64,000 nucleotides of DNA, from positions 30,685 through 94,684 of the forward strand of contig NZ_CAJPRT010000007.1 in the NCBI RefSeq assembly GCF_905373215.1, given 5' to 3'. The notes beneath the pieces were generated by a model. The model searched no databases, had not been told where the DNA came from, and saw nothing but the letters and a program-made list of their open reading frames with translations. Shown here in pieces: positions 50,830 through 62,871 of the stretch. The stretch comes from an uncultured Campylobacter sp. (GTDB lineage: Bacteria > Campylobacterota > Campylobacteria > Campylobacterales > Campylobacteraceae). The position numbers and the translations under genes are program-made. Within the stretch, counting starts at the first letter, position 1, and every line of letters starts with the position of its first letter.

Positions 50830-51102
50830 ATGGCTTTAGACACGGCTCAAAAAGCACAGATAGTTGCGAAATTCGCTAGAAGAGAGAAAGATACGGGCTC
50901 TGCAGAGGTGCAAATCGCGCTTCTTACCGAGAGGATCACGCTTCTTACCACTCATTTGCAAGCAAATCCGAAAGATTTTTCATCTCGCTTAGGACTACTA
51001 AAGCTAGTAGGTCAGCGCAAAAGAATGATGAAATATCTTAAAAACAAAGACTACGCAGTTTACTCCAAGCTCGTTAGCGAGTTAAATTTAAGAGATAAAT
51101 AA
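50830..51102 (+). CDS. rpsO: 30S ribosomal protein S15
   Basis: DTGSAEVQIALLT and SRLGLLKLVGQRKR motifs. Confidence 0.98.
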   Translation: MALDTAQKAQIVAKFARREKDTGSAEVQIALLTERITLLTTHLQANPKDFSSRLGLLKLVGQRKRMMKYLKNKDYAVYSKLVSELNLRDK

Positions 51103-51152
51103 GCTCCTTTGCTCGCGGCGGCATCTGCTTGCCTGCTGCGGTTTTATACACG

Positions 51153-51181
51153 GCGTCCGTCAAACGGCGGGCGCTTTTTTT
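51153..51181 (+). terminator. Intrinsic terminator after rpsO
   Basis: GCGTCCGTC-AAAC-GGCGGGCGC then T7. Confidence 0.8.
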
Positions 51182-51293
51182 ATACTTGGAATTTCGGCCT
51201 CCGTTTCGCTTACAAAATGTTTAAATTTATTTGGAATTTTGGAGTTCGGCTAAATTTGGTGTGGATAAGTAAATTTAGTTTTAAAGGATTTTT

Positions 51294-51899
51294 GTGAGTT
51301 ATTTCCACGGTATCGCGATTGATGTGAAAAAAGAGTCCGGATCCCACACAGACAGCCCCGCAGATGCTGGTATTTCGAATGATGCAGCTCGTGCAGCGGT
51401 ATGGCAATTTCGGTTAAAAGGGCAGGGCGCGGACGTTTTTAAAATAAAAACGGACGATGGTTTTTATATTTTTGAAGGCGATGAAATCGCTGGTTATGCT
51501 CCCGCTAGCCATGATAGCAAAGAAAAAGAATGCTTAAAAAATATCTCAAAAGGCGTAGATACCTTAGGCGCTTATCGTTTGTCCGAGCCCATTTTGCCGG
51601 CCGGGAGACGCGGAGTGGGCTATATTGTGACCGATATAATAGTCTGCGCCGTATTTTGTATCACCGGAAATTTCTTTATCGGCGGCTATATATGGGGACT
51701 TTTAGCTTTTGCATTGTTCGCGATTTGGAATGATTTTTTTGAACGTAGCGATTTCCAAAAAGCTATGAAAAAATACGAAGCAGATAGAGCTAAAAAGATC
51801 GAATACGACGAGTTTATAGCAAGCTTTGAAAGACGCGTCGCAAGTGAGAATATCGACGAAAATACCGGGTTGATCACTAAAACAGAACCGAATAAATAA
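51294..51899 (+). CDS. Hypothetical membrane protein
   Basis: AAGGA SD and GTG start; central hydrophobic segment(s) and charged C-terminus. Confidence 0.7.
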   Translation: MSYFHGIAIDVKKESGSHTDSPADAGISNDAARAAVWQFRLKGQGADVFKIKTDDGFYIFEGDEIAGYAPASHDSKEKECLKNISKGVDTLGAYRLSEPILPAGRRGVGYIVTDIIVCAVFCITGNFFIGGYIWGLLAFALFAIWNDFFERSDFQKAMKKYEADRAKKIEYDEFIASFERRVASENIDENTGLITKTEPNK

Positions 51900-52093
51900 C
51901 GCAAAATTAAGAATTTTATCCTTTTTAAATGTGCCACTGCGCTCGCTATGGCGTATTTAATCGATGAAAATAGCTTTAGTGCAGCAAAATTTTATATTGC
52001 AATGCGATGTTTGCTTTGCAAATTTTCTAAAATGCTCGCTGTTACAATTTAAAACTTAAATCTTTTGGGCATAATACTCATTATATCTACTCG

Positions 52094-52798
52094 CTATTTA
52101 AACGCCGCGAAGCTCATAAAATTCGCCCATTTAAAGATACTCTCGACGCGCTTAAAGCCCGCGCTTAGCGCCAAGGCGCGATTTTCTGCCTCCGTATATG
52201 GCACGAGCACGTTTTCAAGAGCCTCGCGTTTTTGTGCGATCTCGTAGCGCGAGTAGCCCTGCGCGCGCTTGTAATCCTCGTAAATTTCGATCATCCGGCG
52301 CGCCAGCGCAGGCTCTTCGTAGACGATCTTTTCGCTAAAGATCAAAACCCCGCCCTCGCGCAATCCGTCGTAAATTTTACTCACGAGCGCAGCCCTACGC
52401 GGCGGCCTGATGAACTGCAGGGTGTAGTTTAAGATCACGGCGTCGCAGTCCGCGAGGCTCGCATCCAGCACGTCCGATACGCTAAGCTCGAGCTCGGCGC
52501 CGAACGCCGCCGCCTTGGCGCGGGCGTTTTGTATCATCGCCTCCGAGCTGTCGATACCGCACAGCCGCAGATCTGGGCGTAGCGCAAACAGCGCCAGCAG
52601 CGCGGTCGCAGTCGAGCAGCCAAGATCGATCACGTGCGCCTTTTGCGGCAGTATACGTGCTAAAAGCTCGCTGCTAAGCCGCGTGCTAGCCTCATAAAAC
52701 GGCACGCTGCGCCCGATCATATCATCAAAAACCGACGCGACGCTGGCGTCAAACTCAAACTGTTTTTTGATGGGCTCTTTAAAAATTTCGTCTTTCAT
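52094..52798 (-). CDS. cmoA: Carboxy-S-adenosyl-L-methionine synthase
   Basis: FEFD..VASVFDDMI.RSVPFY, DLGCST and IAQKREALENVL motifs. Confidence 0.93.
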   Translation of the reverse strand: MKDEIFKEPIKKQFEFDASVASVFDDMIGRSVPFYEASTRLSSELLARILPQKAHVIDLGCSTATALLALFALRPDLRLCGIDSSEAMIQNARAKAAAFGAELELSVSDVLDASLADCDAVILNYTLQFIRPPRRAALVSKIYDGLREGGVLIFSEKIVYEEPALARRMIEIYEDYKRAQGYSRYEIAQKREALENVLVPYTEAENRALALSAGFKRVESIFKWANFMSFAAFK

Positions 52799-53736
52799 CC
52801 GTTTCCTTTTAGTTTCGCTATTCGCGCAGCACTCGATTTATACTTCCTACGCATGCTAAGCGCAGAATTCTCACACCGTGCTTCCTGCACTTGCGCGATA
52901 CTCGATTTGCGACCGCTACGCATGGAATTTTTGCGTTTAGTTTGCCCTGCGCGAAGCATACCTAAATTTTAAACGCAGCATGGGCACTTTTGATGCAAGC
53001 GAGCTGCATCCAAGTTTGCGCCCAACTTCTAGCCCAGATACGCTCGATGCATGATTAAATTTCGCGTCTTGCTTGACACGCCTTAAAATTTCACGCCGTG
53101 CAAATACGTCCTTAAAATTCTACGCCGTATTTAGCGGGCTTAGAATTTCTCAACATTAAATTTTACGCCACCAAATCTCACGCTACCAAAACAGCTCCTT
53201 TAAATTCTTTAATTATGAGCTTAAACTAAAAGCATAGTCAAAGCTCCATTGGTAGAATTTCGCGCCCATTTTGCGATTTTACGCGCCGCAAAAATAGAAG
53301 CGCTTGACAAAATCCCGCGTTTAGCTAGGCGTATAATTTAGCCGCTTGGCTCTTGCTCGGCAGCTCAGCCCTGCTAAATTTTAAAGCTTCGCAACGCAAC
53401 TAAGATTTTTTATTGCCCTTAATTCTCGGTGCAGCTCACACTTACCTCGCCTTACATAAGCCTAAGCCCAAAGTACGTTAAAGTCCTGCAGGCGGTATGT
53501 CGTTAAAATTTAACGACTTTTTATCGGCTTGCGCGCCGCTTTTGTGTACACTTCCCATATGGCATCGCAGACACAGATGGTGTACCAAGCATTTTCAGTG
53601 ACAACGGGCGCATGACTTTTATACGGGACGACCCAAATGGCTCATTTAATGCGCCATAGATGCGAAGCGCAGACGGGTGCATTAAATTCAAAGCGCACAG
53701 CCCGCAAATTTCATCTTTAAGCTTACAAGCCGTAGA

Positions 53737-55137
53737 TTAAAATTTGCGGCTTCGTAGTACCGCCTCCGCCTCTGAAGCGTCTTTTAAAATCTGCTCTTTA
53801 AGCTGCGCTAGATCGCTAAATTTGCGATTTTCACGTAGGAACTTTATAAATTTCACGCAAGCAAATTTCGCGCCGCTGTTTTTGTCCGCAGCCTCTAAAT
53901 TTTTATTTTCGGCGTCCAAGCTCTCGCTCGACGCAAAATTTTGTGTAGAAATTTCTACTGAATTACACGCCGAAATTTCATCTAAATTTTGCGCAAAATG
54001 TGCGGCTTGCCCTCCGCAGCACGGCGCGTAATCTTGCGCGGAATTTAAACCCGCCTCAAAGCCCGCAAAGTCCCCTAAAATGTGCGTTTCAATCGCAAAA
54101 GCCCCATCGGTGCTGAGCCTGTGCCCCAAGAAGCTCACGCTTTTATAACTCGCGCCACACACGCTCGTGATACTTGCGTAAACGCCGCTTTTTGGCATAA
54201 AATAGCCGCTCGCATCAAGATTTAGCGTCGCTACGAACTCCCGCGCCCCACGTCCCTGGCCGCGTACGATCTGTCCGCAGATCTCGTAATCTCGTCCTAA
54301 AAGCTCCGCCGCCTCTTCGCACTGGCCGCGCGATAAAAGCTCCTTGATCCTGCTTGAATGCACGCCACCGCCGCTTAAGCAAAACTCCCCTAAGACGCAG
54401 GTTTGCCCGCGAAATTCGCGCCTTAAAAATTCCACGTCCCACGCCCGATCACGCCCAAATCTAAAGTCCTCGCCGACGACGATTTTTTGTAAATTTATGA
54501 AATTTTGCTCTAAAAGCTCGATAAATTCGCCTCCGCTAAGACTTTTAATAGCGCGTAGATCGCAATAAAAAATCTTTTTGTTCGTAAATGCCTGCCGCGA
54601 CGCAAAAGGGGTTAGCTTCGTGCCACCACCCGCTAGGATCACGATTATCGCGCCGTGCTCACCTAAATTTTCAAATAATTTTTGATGCCCCAGATGCATG
54701 CCGTCGAAGTTACCGATTGCTACGGCGCGCACATTATCGCGGTTTGCGTCTTGTAGCGTTGCGAAAATCTCGCCTCGTGCGAACTGCTCGCTTAGGCGCG
54801 TACGCAGCACTTCCGCACAAGCAGGAAGCGTGCCTTGAGCTTGCGCGTCTACGCCATTGCTGCAAGCGTCATTATAAACCGTTTTACTGCCAAAAGTCGT
54901 TTCATTGTTGCAAGAGGTGTTGGTGTCTGCTTCATCTGCGCGGTGCGCATCGCCGGTTTTATTTTTGCCTAACTCTTGCTTCGGGTGTTCGATACTTTTA
55001 GATAAATTTCCCCCATTGCTTGTGAAATTATGTTCCGTAAAATTTTGCAAGCTGGAATTCTGCGATACGAAATTTTGTTCTTTAAAATTCCGCAGCGAAG
55101 CCCCTGTATGGTCTTTACATGATTTTTGATTAGCCAT
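53737..55137 (-). CDS. ribF: Bifunctional riboflavin kinase/FAD synthetase with N-terminal extension and internal insertion
   Basis: IGNFDGMHLGH, VVGEDFRFG, HSSRIK, IETHIL and FLRENRKF motifs. Confidence 0.92.
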   Translation of the reverse strand: MANQKSCKDHTGASLRNFKEQNFVSQNSSLQNFTEHNFTSNGGNLSKSIEHPKQELGKNKTGDAHRADEADTNTSCNNETTFGSKTVYNDACSNGVDAQAQGTLPACAEVLRTRLSEQFARGEIFATLQDANRDNVRAVAIGNFDGMHLGHQKLFENLGEHGAIIVILAGGGTKLTPFASRQAFTNKKIFYCDLRAIKSLSGGEFIELLEQNFINLQKIVVGEDFRFGRDRAWDVEFLRREFRGQTCVLGEFCLSGGGVHSSRIKELLSRGQCEEAAELLGRDYEICGQIVRGQGRGAREFVATLNLDASGYFMPKSGVYASITSVCGASYKSVSFLGHRLSTDGAFAIETHILGDFAGFEAGLNSAQDYAPCCGGQAAHFAQNLDEISACNSVEISTQNFASSESLDAENKNLEAADKNSGAKFACVKFIKFLRENRKFSDLAQLKEQILKDASEAEAVLRSRKF

Positions 55138-55649
55138 TATTGCTGCTTCGTCCAGACGATTTTTTTGGTGTCGTAGCCGCTGTGCTTCGCCTTTTTCAGA
55201 TAGAGGATGCGGATCGGCTCGGGCAGGGTTTTGGTGCGCGAGAGGATGTAAAGCTCGCTCGTATCGGCGCCGAAGATCAGGGCGTAGCGATAGTCGCCGT
55301 CTACCTGCGCCACGCGGTAGAGTGAGTCTGAAATCAGGCCTTTTTGATAGAGCAGGCCTATGTTTTTATCGCCCGCAAACTCCAACACGTGCTGCTCGTT
55401 TTCGATTTTGCCCGAGCTTGTTTTAGCGGTTTTTAAAAGATTGATCGTGGAGTTTTTATCGATAAAGCACTCGTACGCGGTGTTTTGCAGCTCGCCGCCG
55501 CCTTTTATGCGAGCGATCTCGTACCAACCGCCGCTAAATTTAGCGATGTCGAAATTTTTTACTAGCGGCGCTTTCGGGCTCAGGCTTTTGGCGCATGAGC
55601 CCAAAAATATCGTGCAAAACACCAATATAATTAAGTTTTTAAATTTCAT
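55137..55649 (-). CDS. Lipocalin (Blc-like) lipoprotein
   Basis: Lipobox LGSC; GGWYEIAR, DYRYAL and LYILSRT motifs. Confidence 0.85.
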   Translation of the reverse strand: MKFKNLIILVFCTIFLGSCAKSLSPKAPLVKNFDIAKFSGGWYEIARIKGGGELQNTAYECFIDKNSTINLLKTAKTSSGKIENEQHVLEFAGDKNIGLLYQKGLISDSLYRVAQVDGDYRYALIFGADTSELYILSRTKTLPEPIRILYLKKAKHSGYDTKKIVWTKQQ

Positions 55650-56855
55650 CGTTCATCCTTTTTAGAAGATAGAAAAATTCCCTATTTCCCTCTTTCCCCG
55701 TGATTTTACAGGCGCTAGCGTGCAGCGTGGCAAGCCCCAGCTCGGCGCATAGCTGCTCAAATTTCGCTCGCGCGGCACGCACCGCTTTTTCGTCCTTAAG
55801 CACGCCTTTTTTATTTCGCTTGATCTCCGCGCCGACTTCAAATTGCGGCTTAAATAGCACGATGAGAGCGCTTTTTGCAAGGCTCGCGAGACTTTTTAGG
55901 ATCAAATTTAGCGAGATGAAGCTCACGTCGCAGGTAATTAGATCAAATTTTTTCTCGCTTGCAAACTCCCTGATGTCGGTGTTTTCGCGCACGATCACGC
56001 GAGGGTCACGTCGCAAAATTTCGCTTAGCTGCGAGCTACCGACGTCAAGCGCAGTCACGCTCTTTGCGCCGCGCTGCAATAAAATCTGCACAAATCCGCC
56101 GGTGCTGCTGCCCACGTCCAAAACATCGGCTCCCGCCAAATTTAAAATATCTTTTTGCAAGGGCTCTGCTTGCATAGGCTTCGCACCGCCTTCGTTGCGG
56201 CACACGCCCGCCTTGCCGCCCGATTTGGAGGCTTTCGCCGCAATTAAAATCTCTGCCGTCTCGGCATCTGCGTCTGCTTGCAAAAACTCTGCCGTTTCGA
56301 CGCCTGCGCTCGTCTGTAAAAATTCGACTGTTTGCTTGCCTGCACCGGTTTGTAAAAGCTTCGCCGTATCGGCGCTAGTTTTTGCGGTACGGATCGCCTC
56401 GGTAGTCGCTTTCGCGCTCTTTGTCGTCGCGGCAGCCGCGCTTGGAATTTTATCAGCCTCGTTCGCGCCTAAAATTTTATCCGTAGCCGCAAAATCTACA
56501 TTTGAAATTTGCATCGTTACTTCGCCCGCTCTTTGCGTCGCTGTCGATTTATTATCCGCGCTCTTTGCGCCGCTGCACGGCTTTGAAATTTCTGCCGCCG
56601 CGCTAGGCGAATTTGCGCCGCAGCTTGCTAAAAGCCCGTTTTCGGCGAGCTCGTCCAGAAAGCCTGCAAGTTTGAGCGCGCCCCTGCTTACGTAAATTTG
56701 ATCAATCGCGCTGATTTCGCCGCTCTGCTCGGGCGCGATCTGCGCGGAAGGTCTGTTTTGCACGGCGCCTCGCAGCAAAATTTTATCCTGCTTTATCAGC
56801 GCAGCGGCCTGATTTCTGCTGATTTTAAGCGTATTTGCGACGAGCAGATCAAATC

Positions 56856-56859
<4 letters not shown>
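55639..56859 (-). CDS. tlyA: TlyA family rRNA 2'-O-methyltransferase with ~165-aa insertion
   Basis: S4 domain, YVSRGALKL, LDVGSSTGGF, DVSFISL, KPQFE and GKEGNRE motifs. Confidence 0.92.
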
Positions 56860-59602
<2,743 letters not shown>

Positions 59603-59613
<11 letters not shown>

Positions 59614-60337
59614 TGCCGAACTCCTTTAGCGCGCGCTCGTAATCAGCCGGCGTATCGATGCCGATGCTAGCAGTCTCGATGCCGAGCATCGCGATCTTTT
59701 CGCCCGCGCTTATGGCGCGAAGCTGCTCAAGTTTTTCGGTGTCTTCCAGCACCGAGGCGGGCAGGGCGCAAAACCGCTTTAAATTTCGCACGCTGTATGC
59801 GTAGATGCCGATGTGTCCGAGGTAGCACTCGCATGCCGCGCGCGGGTAGGGGATGAGCGAGCGCGAAAAATAGATCGCAAAGCCTGCGTTATCAAGCACG
59901 AGCTTGACTAAATTTGGATCTCCTGCCGCCTGCTGGCTTATGTATTTATAGCAGCTCGCCATAAATGCGCCCTTTTGCGCGATCATGGCGTTGGCGAAAT
60001 CTTTAAATTTAATCAAATTTTCGCTCTCAAAAAAGGGCTCGTCGGCTTGGATATTGATGATGATCTCGTCCTCCGCAAGCGCTGCGTTTGCGACCGCTTC
60101 ATTGATCCGATCGGTGCCGCTTTGATGCTCGCGCGCGGTGAGGACGGCGTCAAAGCCGTAATCTTGCGCGATTTTTAAAATTTGCGGCTCATCCACGGCG
60201 ATTAGCACGCGGTCCGCCTTTGCGGCATTTTGAGCTGTTTTGATAAACATCGGCACGCCGTCAAACTCACATAAAATTTTATTTTTAAAGCGCGTCGAAG
60301 CAAGGCGCGCGGGGATTACTATCATTTTTTTATCCAC
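59603..60337 (-). CDS. kdsB: 3-deoxy-manno-octulosonate cytidylyltransferase
   Basis: IPARLASTR, SGTDRI, YFSRS.IP and EKLEQLRA motifs. Confidence 0.96.
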
Positions 60338-61875
60338 TCCATTATGGCGTTTTTGATCTCGCTTTGCTCCACGACGCTGGAGTGTACCTGCGGCGCGCTA
60401 AAAAGGCGCGAGATCTGCGGCGGAATATCGCTGCGGAATTCCTTCGAAAGCGCGATCATATCGGCCCTTTCGTCCTCGCAAGCCCTGCCTTTGATCGCGC
60501 CGATCATCGACGGCGTAAATTTGATCCACTTCGCGGTCGAAATGACGAGATTTAGGCGGCTTTCGTCAAGTAGCTTAAAGCAGGTCGCCGTGTGCGGGTC
60601 TACGAGCACGCCGTGGTTGCTTTCTTGCTTGATAAACTTAGCACACTGCGTATCGTCGCAAAAATCCGCCTCGAAGACCTCGCGCAACTTCGCAAGCTCG
60701 CTCTCACTGAGTTTGTAAAATTTGTCTCGCGCCAGGCTCTGTATCAGCTCGCTCGTGCGCGCATCGCCGAACATATCGCTAAGCAGCCGCTCGACGTTGG
60801 AGCTAACTAAAATATCCATCGCAGGGCTGATCGTGCGGATGAGCTCGCGCTTTCGCAGGTCGTAGATGCCGCGCGTAAAAAGCTCGGTCAGGATATTGTT
60901 CGCGTTTGAAGCGATCTTGATTTTACCGATCTTTGCGCCCATCTTTTTGGCGAAATATGCTCCCAGCGCGTTACCGAAATTTCCGCTAGGCACTATGACG
61001 TCGAAGGTGTTAAATTTAGCGCTTGGTTTTGCGCTCTGTGCGCTGTTTGCGCTCGCTACGGCGCCAAAATTTTTGCCGCCCGCCGTGCACTGATCGCTTT
61101 GCTTTAAATTTTGCTCAAAGCTCAATACGCCGTGCTTTGAGAAATAGATGCTAGCATAGAGGTAGTAGATGATCTGAAATAAAATCCTGCCGAAATTTAC
61201 CGAGTTTGCGGCGCTTAAGTTTAAATTCGCCCGCGCGAGCTCGTTTTTGAAATCCTCATCAGCCAGCAGCGATTTTAGCGCGCGCTGCGTATCGTCGAAG
61301 TTGCCGCGCACGCCTAAAATTTTAAGATTTGCCGCGCTTTGTTTGACCATCTGCTGGCACTGTATCTCGCTCGTGCCGCCCTGCGGATAGAGGCAGACCG
61401 CTTTGATGTTTTCGTCGTCCGCAAAAGCCTCTAGCGTCGCAGGTCCCGTGTCGCCGCTCGTGGCGCACATTATCAAAAATTTTTCATTTCTAGCTTTTGC
61501 GATGCTTTTTAAAAGCGCGCCGAAGGGCTGCAGCGCCATATCCTTAAACGCGAGCGTCGGACCGTGGTAAAGCTCCAAAATATAGGCATTTTCGCTTAGC
61601 TTTTTGATCTGGACGGGGCAGGCGGGATTTTCAAATTTATCGTAGCGCTTTAGCGCGTCTTCAAAGACCTCGCTGCTTACGTCAAAATCGAAGCTTTCGA
61701 TGATTTTAAGCGCGATCTGTTTGTAGCTCAGATCCTCGCACTGCTTAAAAAAATCCTCGCTCAAAAGCGGCAGCCTCTCGGGGCTAAAAAGCCCGCCGCC
61801 GCTCGCGCTCGGATTTAGCAGCGCGTAGCTAAGATCCGCTTTTTGCGAAAAATCTCTCGTAGAAACCAGTTTCAT
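60322..61875 (-). CDS. thrC: Threonine synthase
   Basis: ELYHGPTLAFKDMAL, ATSGDTG, ANSVNFGR and VPSGNFGN motifs. Confidence 0.95.
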   Translation of the reverse strand: MKLVSTRDFSQKADLSYALLNPSASGGGLFSPERLPLLSEDFFKQCEDLSYKQIALKIIESFDFDVSSEVFEDALKRYDKFENPACPVQIKKLSENAYILELYHGPTLAFKDMALQPFGALLKSIAKARNEKFLIMCATSGDTGPATLEAFADDENIKAVCLYPQGGTSEIQCQQMVKQSAANLKILGVRGNFDDTQRALKSLLADEDFKNELARANLNLSAANSVNFGRILFQIIYYLYASIYFSKHGVLSFEQNLKQSDQCTAGGKNFGAVASANSAQSAKPSAKFNTFDVIVPSGNFGNALGAYFAKKMGAKIGKIKIASNANNILTELFTRGIYDLRKRELIRTISPAMDILVSSNVERLLSDMFGDARTSELIQSLARDKFYKLSESELAKLREVFEADFCDDTQCAKFIKQESNHGVLVDPHTATCFKLLDESRLNLVISTAKWIKFTPSMIGAIKGRACEDERADMIALSKEFRSDIPPQISRLFSAPQVHSSVVEQSEIKNAIMEWIKK

Positions 61876-61995
61876 CTTTTTCCTTTTTAAAATTTTAAAA
61901 TTTACGCCCGCCTAGGCGCTTTAAATTTGATCGTTTGGACTTTTTGCACGGACTTGCGGCATTGCGGTTTTAAGCCTGCCGCATCCGCCTCGCGC

Positions 61996-62853
61996 CTAAA
62001 TTTCTTCCTTTATCAAACTTCCTATGCCGCCGTCCGTGAAAAGCTCAAGCAGGATCGAGTGCGGAATTTTGCCGTTGATGATATGCGCGGCATTTGCGCC
62101 GTTTCGCACGCATTGCAGGCACGCATCGACCTTTGGGATCATGCCGCCTGCGATCGTGCCGTCCTTTTTAAGCTTCGAAATTAGCGCGGCATCGAGTTTG
62201 CTGATTAAATTTCCCTCTTTATCAAGCACGCCGTCAATGTCGCTTAAAAATATCGCCTTGCTCGCTTTTAGCGCGGCTGCGATCCTGCTGGCGCAGAGAT
62301 CGGCGTTAATATTAAAGCTCACGTTTTCGTCTGCTTCGCCGCCCGCAAGCGGGGCGATCACCGGCAGATAGTCCTTTTGCAGCAGGTCGTTTATCAGTTT
62401 GGTGTTTACCTCGGTGATCTCGCCTACGAAGCCGTATTTTTTCTCATCGAGGAATTTTGCCTTCAAGAGCCCGCCGTCCTTGCCGCTGATGCCGATCGCT
62501 GGCGCGCCGTTTTGGTTCAAAAGCGCCGTGATCTCTTTATTTACCGCGCCGCTTAACACCATCTCGGTAATTTCGATCGCGTCTTTACTCGTTACGCGAA
62601 GCCCGTCCTTAAACTCGCTCTGCACGCCGATCTTATCCAGGGTCTGATTGATCTTTTTACCGCCGCCGTGCACGACGATAATCTTGATGCCGACCATATG
62701 CAAAAGCACGATATCGCGGGCAAAATCAAGCTTGAGCGTATCGTCGGTTTGCGCCGCGCCGCCGTATTTGACGACAAAAATTTTATCTCTAAATTTACGG
62801 ATATAGGGCAGCGCAGAGATGATGACTTCGGCGGTTTTGCTCTTTTTTATCAT
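61996..62853 (-). CDS. argB: Acetylglutamate kinase
   Basis: VVKYGG, VVHGGG, NINAD and GGMIPKV motifs. Confidence 0.96.
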   Translation of the reverse strand: MIKKSKTAEVIISALPYIRKFRDKIFVVKYGGAAQTDDTLKLDFARDIVLLHMVGIKIIVVHGGGKKINQTLDKIGVQSEFKDGLRVTSKDAIEITEMVLSGAVNKEITALLNQNGAPAIGISGKDGGLLKAKFLDEKKYGFVGEITEVNTKLINDLLQKDYLPVIAPLAGGEADENVSFNINADLCASRIAAALKASKAIFLSDIDGVLDKEGNLISKLDAALISKLKKDGTIAGGMIPKVDACLQCVRNGANAAHIINGKIPHSILLELFTDGGIGSLIKEEI

Positions 62854-62871
62854 AAAATTCCTTTAAAAACC

